From Acidobacteriota bacterium (GTDB lineage: Bacteria > Acidobacteriota > UBA890 > WLXD01), in contig CBDFKD010000002.1 of NCBI GenBank assembly GCA_965248695.1, forward strand, positions 1,728,001-1,792,000: a stretch of DNA of 64,000 bases, read 5' to 3'. Of the stretch, positions 1-8,890 are shown one piece after another. The notes beneath the pieces were generated by a model. That model worked only from the letters and a program-made list of their open reading frames with translations. It was not told where the DNA came from and made no database searches. Both the position numbers and the translations under genes were made by a program. How positions within the stretch are numbered: the first letter of the stretch is position 1; every line of letters starts with the position of its first letter.

Positions 1-312
1 CCAGATCTCACGCGGGGTGAAGAACGGATTGCGACCCCAGCTCGAGTCGATCGTCAGATCGGCAGCGCCGATCTCGCCGCGGCGCTCGACCTGTTGGACC
101 TGCGCTCCGCCTGCACTTGGCACTGGTCGTTGACCGGGCGTAACACCTTGCTGGTCGAAGCCAGGCGGGGTCAGGCCAGGATCTTGAGGCAGGGGCCCGA
201 GCTCAGAGTCGGCCCCGAAGCTCCCCACCACGCCGGTGAAGTAGAGCGCGTTGTACAGCAGTACTGCCACGAAAACGATGATCAGCACCATCAAGACGCT
301 TCGGCTACCCAT
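1..312 (-). CDS. PilP/GspC-like pilus assembly protein, partial (runs off window start)
   Basis: Manually translated from ATG at 312, overlapping the upstream stop: MGSRSVLMVLIIVFVAVLLYNALYFTG...SSWGRNPFFTPREIW. N-terminal hydrophobic segment, Pro-rich linker, RNPF motif typical of PilP-like proteins; follows pilO-like gene. Not in ORF track because it is incomplete. Confidence 0.6.
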   Translation of the reverse strand, partial: MGSRSVLMVLIIVFVAVLLYNALYFTGVVGSFGADSELGPLPQDPGLTPPGFDQQGVTPGQRPVPSAGGAQVQQVERRGEIGAADLTIDSSWGRNPFFTPREIW

Positions 313-970
313 TGCCGCCTCCCTGAGCTCCGACGGATCCGCGGGAGCGACTCGATGCCCCGTCACCAGACGAGGCGCTGGTGGCGGCGGGGCGGAAATA
401 AACGAGCAAACGGAGATCGGTCACCACCTCGGGAAAGGCGCGCTGCATCTCCAGCTCTGCCACCTCAGCAACCCAACCGAGGCGTCCAACCTGGGCAATG
501 AAGCGGCTGGTGACAACGAAGTCTCCGAAGAGGCGACAGTTGAGCGGCACGTAGCGCGCGCCAGGCACGGCACCGATTACCCGAGCCGACTCGGCGAGCG
601 GGCCGCCCGCGCCGGCTACGGGCGCTGCGTTCTCGCTCGTAATGAACAGCTCCACCCCCTCGGCCTCACCCAGCCGCACGAGTGACTCGATCATCAGGGT
701 GAGCTCCGACTCCGGGCCGAGGCGGCTCAGCAGCTCGTCGCTCGAGCTCTGCCAGGCAGCGCGCTCGGCGGGTGCGGCGGGCGGCATGCTCTCGATCTCA
801 CGCTCCATTTGGTCGAGCTGTGATTCAGCAGCCTCGATGTCACGTGTTGCAGATGATTCACGCGCCCGCATCGGCTGCACGAACCAGACCCACAGCAGGA
901 TTACCAGGAGCAGAACCGCCATTCCCAGAATGGCAGCGCGAACCTGGGGTTGCAGATCCGACCAACTCAT
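305..970 (-). CDS. PilO/GspM-like inner-membrane alignment protein
   Basis: Single N-terminal TM (AILGMAVLLLVILLWVWFVQPM), coiled coil, then C-terminal YVPLNCRLFGDF..FI pattern of the PilO ferredoxin-like domain; coupled to the pilMN gene. Confidence 0.7.
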   Translation of the reverse strand: MSWSDLQPQVRAAILGMAVLLLVILLWVWFVQPMRARESSATRDIEAAESQLDQMEREIESMPPAAPAERAAWQSSSDELLSRLGPESELTLMIESLVRLGEAEGVELFITSENAAPVAGAGGPLAESARVIGAVPGARYVPLNCRLFGDFVVTSRFIAQVGRLGWVAEVAELEMQRAFPEVVTDLRLLVYFRPAATSASSGDGASSRSRGSVGAQGGGNG

Positions 971-2742
971 TGTCCGCCTCCGGCGATCGACTTGAGCTGA
1001 ACTGCGACCCTGAAGCCCACTGATGTAGCTGTCGGGCCGAAGGGTGGCAGGTCGTCCAGCGTGGTACGTACGGCTCCCTGACCCCGGGGAGCGCTCGCTG
1101 CGGCGCCGCGGCCAAGCGACAGTCGATCGAAGAACAGCCAGAGGCTGCTATCGCGATCGTAGCGCGTTTCCTGCGCCGGCTGATCGGACCTGCCGTGTAG
1201 GTGGTTGCTAAGGGGCCTGTTGTTGAACGACCCGCGCCGCACCGCCGGAGCGTTGCGCTGTGGCAACTGCCCGGCCCGCTGCAATACAGCCGGGCCACTG
1301 CGCGCACCCTCCGACCCGATCACGAGCGGCTCGATCAGATGGATGTCGTGCACGATCGGATCGCTCACGATCATGCTGTAAAAGCGGTTGAAGACAGCTT
1401 GCGAGGCCGACCGTGTGTCCCCGAGGACCAGGCCGGCGACGACAGCATCCCAGTAGCGCTCGCCCCGAGGGCCAACGACCGGGTGCCATGAGATGCTTTC
1501 GATGACCAGCTCTTCCGGGGCTCGCTGGCTGAGACGCTGCAGGACTGCGCCGATCAGCGTCGTCTCGAGCGAGCGCTGCTCCAGCAGTGCGCGCCGCTCT
1601 GTGTGGTTCGAGCGCTCCTGCGCTGTCGCGCGTACCTGCTGTAGCTCCTGCTGGCGCTGCGAGATCTGCTCCTGTACCTGCGCTATTCGGTTGCTGTTGA
1701 CCGCCGAGTTCAGCAGCGCTAGCAGCCCCCAACCAACCAGGAAGAGCACCAGGGCCGCGGCCGCGACACGGCCGATCGACATCGCTCGCGCGGTGCGCCC
1801 TTCGCTGACCTGCTCCGGAGACACCAGGTTGCCGCTGTCCACACCGACCATCGACGCAGCACCGAGCGCCACAGCAAGCGCCGGCTGCTCGACCGGGTCG
1901 ACGGCGCCGGCCAGGTCGAGGTGGTCGCTGACGTCGAAGAGCTCCACGTTGACACCGAGGGCCTCGCGCAGCGGCGGCACCAGACCGGTGAGATCCTCCA
2001 TGGGTCCGGCGAGCACCAGCGGCTGCACTGTCGCGCCCTGGGCTCGCTGCCCGAAGTACAGGAACGAGCGGCGCAGCTCGGTAGCGACCAGGTCAGCGGT
2101 CGAATCGCCGCCGCCGCGGAGCACGAAGTCACGCACCAGCTCGAGGTTGCCATCCTGAAAAACCAGCAAGTAGCAGCGGCCGGCCGACAGGTAGACGATG
2201 GCGGTCCCGCCAGCGATCGGTGGCAGCAGCTCCACCACGTGCGCCAGAGCTGCCGGAACCGTGGTCACCGAGTCAACCCGGAGACCGGCAGCCTCGACGG
2301 CGTCGACGGTGTTGCGCATCGTCGACTTGTCGATAGCGGAAATCAAGACCTTCTGCTTGGCCACGCCACCCTCGCTGGCGTAACCGACGGCCATGTGCGA
2401 ATAGACAAGCTGGCTCTCCGGCACCGGCGCCAACTTGCGCACCTCGGCACCGGCAGCGAGGTGGCGCTCGCTGTCGGACATCTCGGGCATGTTGACCAGG
2501 TAGTGGTAGAGGTCGCCCTCGACGACGACTGCACGCGCAGCCCGGCCGCTGATGCCCACGGTCTCGAGCCAACGACGGACCCAGTCACCCAGCTCGCGGC
2601 CGCTGAAGCCGGCGTGTACAGCATGGCCGGCGCCGACTACACGCGGCGGGTCGCCGCGTAGCTCAGCCGCAGCCACGCTGCGACCGAGCTCGATGCCGAC
2701 GCGACTTCCGACGCGCAAGTTGTCGATGAAACCCATGATCAC
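967..2742 (-). CDS. PilM-PilN fusion (type IV pilus alignment complex)
   Basis: N-terminal ~300 aa PilM-like (VGIELG start; ELRRSFLYF; LVLAGP; ALAVALGAA), NLV motif, one TM, coiled coil and PilN-like periplasmic domain in one frame. Confidence 0.75.
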   Translation of the reverse strand: MIMGFIDNLRVGSRVGIELGRSVAAAELRGDPPRVVGAGHAVHAGFSGRELGDWVRRWLETVGISGRAARAVVVEGDLYHYLVNMPEMSDSERHLAAGAEVRKLAPVPESQLVYSHMAVGYASEGGVAKQKVLISAIDKSTMRNTVDAVEAAGLRVDSVTTVPAALAHVVELLPPIAGGTAIVYLSAGRCYLLVFQDGNLELVRDFVLRGGGDSTADLVATELRRSFLYFGQRAQGATVQPLVLAGPMEDLTGLVPPLREALGVNVELFDVSDHLDLAGAVDPVEQPALAVALGAASMVGVDSGNLVSPEQVSEGRTARAMSIGRVAAAALVLFLVGWGLLALLNSAVNSNRIAQVQEQISQRQQELQQVRATAQERSNHTERRALLEQRSLETTLIGAVLQRLSQRAPEELVIESISWHPVVGPRGERYWDAVVAGLVLGDTRSASQAVFNRFYSMIVSDPIVHDIHLIEPLVIGSEGARSGPAVLQRAGQLPQRNAPAVRRGSFNNRPLSNHLHGRSDQPAQETRYDRDSSLWLFFDRLSLGRGAAASAPRGQGAVRTTLDDLPPFGPTATSVGFRVAVQLKSIAGGGQ

Positions 2743-3617
2743 CTCTGGCCGTTGACCGGCCGCTGCCGGTTCAGTTCAGCGTTCAATTCAGACGCGCCGT
2801 TCGCCGTCTCGGGGTTTTCAATCACGGTGTCGCCGAGCGGAACGTGCAGCTCGACCACTTGTTGTGCGCCGCCACCTCGGACCGTGACGATGCCGATCTC
2901 CTCGGCCACCCCGCCGTCGTATCGATCGCAGGCGACGTAGACGGCGTGGACACCGCGGTGCACGTTGGTGAACGAGTAGGGAGCGGTCTCGTCGACTGCC
3001 TCGCCTTCCTCGCCCTCCTCGGAGTAGAAGAGAATGACGCCACAACCCTCGGGGTCGCTGACGATGGCACCGTCGCCATGCCCACGGATGGTCACCACGA
3101 TGTTGCCGAACGGATTCACCGGATGGGGCGGGTAGACGAGGTCATCGTCATCGTCGAACTCGCCATTCGGCCCGGCGCTGCGAATCTGACCGTAGCCAAC
3201 GGCGCCGATGTCGTAGTAGCTGCCCCAGGCGTCGGTGGCCCAGTCATCGGTGTCGAGGCCGCGATTCAAGTACGGTCCGCTCCAGCCATAGCCGACGGCG
3301 GTCGCCTCCGAGATCCGGAAGGGCTCCAGATCAACCGTCTCGACCAGCTCCGCGAGCTGCGTCGGAAAGCGGCCGATGTCGCCGATGAAGCCGAAGGTCC
3401 TGTCGGACTCGTCACCGTTGAGGGCGACATGGATGGCCTTCATCTCCGAAATCACCTGTTCATGGCGCTGGTCCTGCAGCACACGCAGCAGTGAAGGGGC
3501 AACGGCTGCGGCGAGGATCACCATCGCGCCCAGCAGCAGCGTCACCTCCAGCATGCTGATGCCGCGCTCCGTGAGCCGCGCTTGCCTGGTGCTCGAGTTC
3601 AGATCGCTCATGCTCAT
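2739..3617 (-). CDS. GspG-like prepilin with extra C-terminal domain
   Basis: Class III signal RG/ISMLEVTLLLGAMVILAAAVAP; WSGPY, DAWGSYY, SAGPNGEFDDDDD motifs; about 125 aa beta-rich C-terminal extension. Confidence 0.75.
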   Translation of the reverse strand: MSMSDLNSSTRQARLTERGISMLEVTLLLGAMVILAAAVAPSLLRVLQDQRHEQVISEMKAIHVALNGDESDRTFGFIGDIGRFPTQLAELVETVDLEPFRISEATAVGYGWSGPYLNRGLDTDDWATDAWGSYYDIGAVGYGQIRSAGPNGEFDDDDDLVYPPHPVNPFGNIVVTIRGHGDGAIVSDPEGCGVILFYSEEGEEGEAVDETAPYSFTNVHRGVHAVYVACDRYDGGVAEEIGIVTVRGGGAQQVVELHVPLGDTVIENPETANGASELNAELNRQRPVNGQR

Positions 3618-4819
3618 TGGATCGTGGTCACCAGTCGGAGGAGCGGCAGGTAGAACGCCGTACCCATTAGCACTAGCACCGCCGCCAGGACGGTCAGCAG
3701 AATCGGACCCATGTAGGTGGTCACGCGCCGCACTGCGGCGTCGACCTCACGATCGAAGAAGCGAATAACGTTGGCGAGCGCTTCCTGCATCTTCCCGGTA
3801 CGCTCAGCGGTCGAGACCATCTGCACCACGACGCTGGGGAACTCGTGCGTCTCGCGCATTGCCGCCGCCAGCGCCTGGCCGCTGCGCACGCGGCGGTTGA
3901 CATACTCGATTACCTCGGCGATGTACTCGTTGCCCACCGCCCCCTTGACCACGTCGAGAGCGCGGGTCACACCGACCCCAGACGAGTGCATGGTCCCGAA
4001 GTGGTGGGCGAAACGCGAAAAGCAGACCTTGCGGAGCAGGCCACCGATAATCGGTAGCCGGAGCTTCAGCCGATCCCATCCGACGCGGCCGGCACGCGTG
4101 CCCGTCCACATCAGAAACGCGATCGTCGCGCCGAGCATCACCAGCAGCACTGCCGGCCAGAAATCGGTGAACAGCCGACTATACGCCATCACGATCTGTG
4201 TCGGGATAGGTAGCGAGAACTCCTCGTTGGTCTGCAGCGATGCGTACAGCTGCTGGAATCTCGGGATCGCGAACGTGACCATTACGACGTTCAAACCGAT
4301 CAGCGCGACGACGACCAGCAACGGGTACGCGAGAATGTTCCGGATGCGCTGCCGCAGGTCGAGGTTCCACTCCAGGAAGTCGCGCAGCTCCACCAGCGAG
4401 GCCTCGAGCTGTCCGGACTCCTCGCCGGCCCGAACGGTGTTCACGTAGATGTCGGAGAAAACGTTCGGATACCGCGCCATGGAGGCCGAGATGCTCTCGC
4501 CGCGCTCGAGCCCGGCACGCAGGCCGCGGACAACGCTCTTGAGCTTCTGTTTTTGCACTGCCTCCTCGAGATCCTCGAGACCCGTGAGCATCGGCACTCC
4601 CGTCGCCACGATGGGAATGAGCTGCGAGGTGAACAGCACCAGGTCCTTATTGGTGATGCGCTCGATGTGGATGGTCGAAATATCGCCGCCCTGCGCGCGC
4701 ACCAGAAACAGACCGCGACCAGCGAGCTGATCGGCCAGGCGCTCGCGCGTAGCGGCGCTCTCGATGCCCTTGACCGTGGCACCGGTGTCGTTCTTGGCGA
4801 CGTAGTTGAATCTCGGCAT
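3614..4819 (-). CDS. pilC: PilC/GspF inner-membrane platform protein
   Basis: MPRFNYVAKN start (ATG 4819), FTSQL..GVPM, AGEESGQL, YP, LPIPT and second-domain AERTGKM: two T2SSF repeats. Confidence 0.9.
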   Translation of the reverse strand: MPRFNYVAKNDTGATVKGIESAATRERLADQLAGRGLFLVRAQGGDISTIHIERITNKDLVLFTSQLIPIVATGVPMLTGLEDLEEAVQKQKLKSVVRGLRAGLERGESISASMARYPNVFSDIYVNTVRAGEESGQLEASLVELRDFLEWNLDLRQRIRNILAYPLLVVVALIGLNVVMVTFAIPRFQQLYASLQTNEEFSLPIPTQIVMAYSRLFTDFWPAVLLVMLGATIAFLMWTGTRAGRVGWDRLKLRLPIIGGLLRKVCFSRFAHHFGTMHSSGVGVTRALDVVKGAVGNEYIAEVIEYVNRRVRSGQALAAAMRETHEFPSVVVQMVSTAERTGKMQEALANVIRFFDREVDAAVRRVTTYMGPILLTVLAAVLVLMGTAFYLPLLRLVTTIQ

Positions 4820-4823
4820 GTTC

Positions 4824-6578
4824 CTACTCGCGCGCGACGCGCCCGAGCTCCTCCAGAGTCGTCTCTCCACGCTGAACCAGCTCGAGCCCGTGTCGCATCA
4901 AAGTGCGCATTCCTTCCTGTACGGCAACCTGGCGAATGGCGCGTGTGTCCGCCTGGTGCTTGATGGCTTCACGAATCGCGTCGCTGACCATCAGGATCTC
5001 GAAGATGCCGGTGCGACCGACATAGCCACTGTCGCCACAGTGGTGACAGCCGGCGCCGCGCAACCACTCGCCATCCACCGGCTCACCCTCGAGGCCCAGT
5101 CGTACGAGCATCCCCATGTCCGGTTGCGCGACTTCAGCGCAGTGCCTGCAGACCTTCCGCACCAGACGCTCGGCAACGGTCGAGATCATCGTCGAACCGA
5201 TCAGGTAGGGCTCCAGGCCCATGTCGACGAGGCGCGGGAAGGTTCCGGCCGCCTCATTGGTATGCAACGTCGACAGCACCAGGATGCCGGTAAGGGCGGC
5301 CCGCATGGCCAACCCCGCGGTCTCGGGATCGCGAATCTCACCGAGCAGAATGACGTCAGGATCCTGCCGCAACACCGAGCGCATCCCGGCCGCAAAGGTA
5401 AAGCCGGCGCGGTTGTTGATCTGGCTCTGGCGGATCTCCGGAACGCGATACTCGACCGGATCCTCGAGCGTCACGATGTTGTTGGCGAGCATGTTGATGT
5501 GCGCCAGCATCGTGTAAAGGGTCGTCGTCTTACCTGATCCTGTGGGCCCGGTGAGCAGCACGATGCCCTTGGTTCGCTTGACGGAGTCTTCCAGCAGCTC
5601 CAGCGTGGAGCCTTCGAGGCCGAGGTCGCCCAGCCCGCGGAACAGCATTTGCCGCTCGAGCAAACGCAGGGCGATCTTCTCGCCGAACACCGTCGGGAAG
5701 CAGGAGACACGAAGATCGACCTCGTTGGAGGCAGCGCGGTAGGTGAGATGGCCTTCCTGCGGCAACCGCTGCTCGGCGATGTCGAGACCGGCGATGACCT
5801 TGATGCGCGACATCAACGAGTGCTGGATCTGCTTGGGCAGCAACGGTCCTTGTTGCAGGAGGCCGTCGACGCGATAGCGAATGCGTACGACGTCCTCTTC
5901 CGGATCGATGTGCACATCGGTAGCCCGTAGGCGCAGCCCCTGATTGAGGATCTCGTCGACCAGGCGCACCATCGGCTCATCGGCCGAAGCGCCGGGGTCG
6001 GAGACGAATATGCCGCCGCGCGCCACTTTCTGGCGCTCGGCGTCCTGACGCTGCACGGTCTCGCTGACCAGTCCCTCGAGTACTCCGGCACCGCCGTAGA
6101 AACGGTCGATGGCCCGGCGAACGTTGCTTTCGGTGGCGCAGAACTGCTTCACCACGAGGTTCGTGCGCCGTTGGATCTCGTCGATCGCAAGAATGTCGAA
6201 CGGATCCGAGCAGGCGACCAGCAGCGTGCTGCCTGAGATCGCCACCGGCATAGCCTGGAACCGCGCTGGTACGTCGCGCGGAACCGCCTGCACCGCGGCG
6301 TGCTGAATCTCGTCCGCCCGGAGGGCGCGGAAGGGGACGCCGGCCATCTCGGCCAGGGCGCGCGCCAGATCCTCTTCGCTGAGCAACCCTTGGCCTACCA
6401 GCAGCTGTCCGAGAAGCGCACCGTCACCGGCGGTCTGCCGCGCCAGCACGGCATCCAACTGCTCGCGCGTGAGCTGGCGGCGATCGACGAGATAGTCTCC
6501 GAGACGCACCGACACCGAGCCACGGGGCGGAAGCCCGTTGGAGTCACCGTAGGCGCTCTCGTTGTCTCCGTGCTGCAT
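4824..6578 (-). CDS. pilB: PilB/GspE assembly ATPase with N-terminal MshEN domain
   Basis: ATDVHIDP, RYRVDG, Walker A GPTGSGKTTTLY, TLEDPVEY, LRQDPDVILLGEIRD, CxxC...CxxC Zn motif, GYVGRTGIFE. Confidence 0.92.
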   Translation of the reverse strand: MQHGDNESAYGDSNGLPPRGSVSVRLGDYLVDRRQLTREQLDAVLARQTAGDGALLGQLLVGQGLLSEEDLARALAEMAGVPFRALRADEIQHAAVQAVPRDVPARFQAMPVAISGSTLLVACSDPFDILAIDEIQRRTNLVVKQFCATESNVRRAIDRFYGGAGVLEGLVSETVQRQDAERQKVARGGIFVSDPGASADEPMVRLVDEILNQGLRLRATDVHIDPEEDVVRIRYRVDGLLQQGPLLPKQIQHSLMSRIKVIAGLDIAEQRLPQEGHLTYRAASNEVDLRVSCFPTVFGEKIALRLLERQMLFRGLGDLGLEGSTLELLEDSVKRTKGIVLLTGPTGSGKTTTLYTMLAHINMLANNIVTLEDPVEYRVPEIRQSQINNRAGFTFAAGMRSVLRQDPDVILLGEIRDPETAGLAMRAALTGILVLSTLHTNEAAGTFPRLVDMGLEPYLIGSTMISTVAERLVRKVCRHCAEVAQPDMGMLVRLGLEGEPVDGEWLRGAGCHHCGDSGYVGRTGIFEILMVSDAIREAIKHQADTRAIRQVAVQEGMRTLMRHGLELVQRGETTLEELGRVARE

Positions 6579-6668
6579 GTTCAGACCTCGCAGAAGCCGT
6601 GTTGATCACTATTGATCGTTATTAGCTAATATGTCAGAGATTAGCATCTTAAAACGTTCTGAAAAGCC

Positions 6669-8102
6669 TTATTTAACCTTCTTGACCATCATGAGGACGC
6701 CGGCAATCGCGGGTAGCGCCGGTAGCAGGATCACCAGCAGCACGAAGGTGAGTGCCTTCTGCCCCTCGGTGAGCAGCACCCGCTTGTTCGACACTTCTTT
6801 CGGCAGGATCGAGATGAGCTCCTCCTGCCCCGCCAGCCAGCTGACCGAGTTCACGAACAGGTCGCCGTTGCCCTGCCACTTGAAGAAGGCGTTGGAGGCG
6901 AACTCGGCGTCACCCGCGACGACCAAGATCGGATCTCCCACTGGTGCTGGCTCGCCGCTGCGGTTTCGCTCGCGAAACGCTCGGGGTGTTTCGTCGATCG
7001 TTTCCGAGACCGCCACGATGAGCGGCAGCGGACCCTGACGGTCAACTCCCTCGTCCCAGCGCGCTATCGACACGCGCTCGAAGTCGGTCTCGCCCCACGA
7101 CGACGGTGAGCTGCTGGCCAGCGGGCGAGCGTCGATACCGTCCGGCGGTGTACCCACGGTGATCGATCGCGGCATGCTGAAGAGCGTCATGGCGCCGAAG
7201 CCGTCGGTGATCGGGTGGGGCTCGTAGCTATCGACCATCGGCACCTGTACGCCAAGGCCGAACGCCTGCCCGTTGCGCCCGGTATCAATGACGAAGTCGG
7301 CATTGGCCTGCAGGCCATAGCCGGCGACCAGGGCCGCGAGCTCGCCGAGATCCGTATTGCTCTCCAGCATCGCCATCAGTCGTCCGCCGTTCTGGAGATA
7401 GGCCTCCAGCGCGACGCGCTCCTGTGGCAGAAGGTCTGTGCTCGGCCCTGCAATCACTATGACGCGGCAATCGTCGGCCACCTGACCGGCAGCAAGGTTC
7501 AGTTGCAGAGGCTCGTAGTTCACCTGTCGCAGGGCGGTGACGGCCGCCGAAAACCCGCCGCGGCCCTTGTCGAGCGGGACGCGCTCACCGTGTCCGGAGA
7601 GGAAGCAGACCGGTACCGCGTCGCCTCGCGTTGCCGCGAGGATCGCGTTGGTGATCGCCGGTTCGGTTGCATCGTCGGCTCGGCGCACCGAGTCGCCGGC
7701 CTCGATGATCAGCGTGCCGTAGGCGCGTACCTGGTGCGCCTGGGCAAGCGCCGGCTCGGCTTCGGGGTCGACGAGACGATAGTCCACCATCGAGGAGCTA
7801 TCTGCGTAGGCCTTGAGCAGTCGCTCGACGCCCGGATCCTTGGCACCCGGCACGAATGCGGTCATGACTACCGGTCGATCCAACGTGCCCAGCGCCGAGC
7901 GGCTCGTGGCCGACAGGCTGAACAACTGTGCCTCGGTGAAATCCCACGTGACGGGGTTGTAGCTGACTACCCAGCTCACCAGGAAGGCACACGCCAGGAA
8001 CAGGACGAGACGTAGGCCGGCGAAGGTCCACTCGGTTACTCGCAGGCTGGTGGTCAATAGCTGCCGGAGCCGCGCCATCGGTGACCGTGGGGCGTCGCTC
8101 AT
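6669..8102 (-). CDS. GldG-family ABC auxiliary/substrate-binding protein
   Basis: Start taken at ATG 8102 (MSDAPRSP, coupled to the permease stop); WDFTE...FSLS, FLSGHGE, IAGP..DL, YLQNGGRL, HPIT, SWGETD, GDAEFASN, N.DLFVNSVSWL, C-terminal TM. Confidence 0.8.
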   Translation of the reverse strand: MSDAPRSPMARLRQLLTTSLRVTEWTFAGLRLVLFLACAFLVSWVVSYNPVTWDFTEAQLFSLSATSRSALGTLDRPVVMTAFVPGAKDPGVERLLKAYADSSSMVDYRLVDPEAEPALAQAHQVRAYGTLIIEAGDSVRRADDATEPAITNAILAATRGDAVPVCFLSGHGERVPLDKGRGGFSAAVTALRQVNYEPLQLNLAAGQVADDCRVIVIAGPSTDLLPQERVALEAYLQNGGRLMAMLESNTDLGELAALVAGYGLQANADFVIDTGRNGQAFGLGVQVPMVDSYEPHPITDGFGAMTLFSMPRSITVGTPPDGIDARPLASSSPSSWGETDFERVSIARWDEGVDRQGPLPLIVAVSETIDETPRAFRERNRSGEPAPVGDPILVVAGDAEFASNAFFKWQGNGDLFVNSVSWLAGQEELISILPKEVSNKRVLLTEGQKALTFVLLVILLPALPAIAGVLMMVKKVK

Positions 8103-8875
8103 GAGCTGCGCACTCCTCGCCACCGCAGGCTCTCGAGAGCCAGGTGGGTCATGAACAGGAAGAAGACGGTGAACCAGAGCAAGTAGTTCGCGTCGGGCAG
8201 GCTGACCACGCCGACGCGGAAGTCGCCGAAGTGGTGATGCAGCGACAGCCAGCGAACGCCGTCCTGCCAGATGCTGGGCAGCAGATTCGCCGGTGCGTCG
8301 ATGAACCAGAAGATCAGCAGCAGTCCGTAGCCACCGAACGCCGCCACAACCTGGCTCTCGGTGAGCGCCGATACCCACAGGGTCGCCGCCAGCATGGCCG
8401 CAGCCAGCAGCAGTAGTCCGAGGTAGCCGGTGATCCACACCGCCGGTTCGTTGGCGCCGAAGAAAGCCAGCACGTACTGGAAACAGAAGGTCGGCGCCAG
8501 CAACGCCACCAGGAACAGGTAAGCACCGAAGAACTTGCCCCACATGATGCCGGCGTTGGAAACCGGCGAGGTGAGCAGCAGCTCCATGGTGCGGCGTCGC
8601 TTCTCTTCCGCCAGCAGCGCCATCGCCACGATCGGCAAGATGAACACCAAGAGCCACGCCGTGATGTCGAGGAAGCTGGTGCCGATCATCGCCGGCACGT
8701 TCACCAGATTGCCCGCCGGCCCGAGTTGCTCGGCGCGTACGTCGGCGTCGCGACCCTGCACCACCCAGTAGTTCAGGATGGCAACGAAGAAAACGGACTC
8801 GGCAAGCCAGAACACAGCCATGAGCGCGTACGCCACCGGCGAAACGAAGCAAATTGCCCAGGCTCCGCGCATCAA
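8099..8875 (-). CDS. ABC-2 type permease (GldF-like)
   Basis: FVSPVAY, AMALLAEEKRRRTMELLLTSPVS...GKF, SALTESQVVAA motifs; about six TM segments. Confidence 0.85.
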   Translation of the reverse strand: MMRGAWAICFVSPVAYALMAVFWLAESVFFVAILNYWVVQGRDADVRAEQLGPAGNLVNVPAMIGTSFLDITAWLLVFILPIVAMALLAEEKRRRTMELLLTSPVSNAGIMWGKFFGAYLFLVALLAPTFCFQYVLAFFGANEPAVWITGYLGLLLLAAAMLAATLWVSALTESQVVAAFGGYGLLLIFWFIDAPANLLPSIWQDGVRWLSLHHHFGDFRVGVVSLPDANYLLWFTVFFLFMTHLALESLRWRGVRSS

Positions 8876-8890
8876 CCTTCTCCTTCGCCG

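Noticed and set aside
5169-5171. PilB AERLVR instead of AQRLVR
   Set aside because: Single conservative change with all catalytic motifs intact; not interpretable.
8103-8852. N-terminal 250 aa of the 727-aa ORF 6669..8852
   Set aside because: Alternative-frame overlap of the permease gene; the GldG-like protein starts at about 8102.
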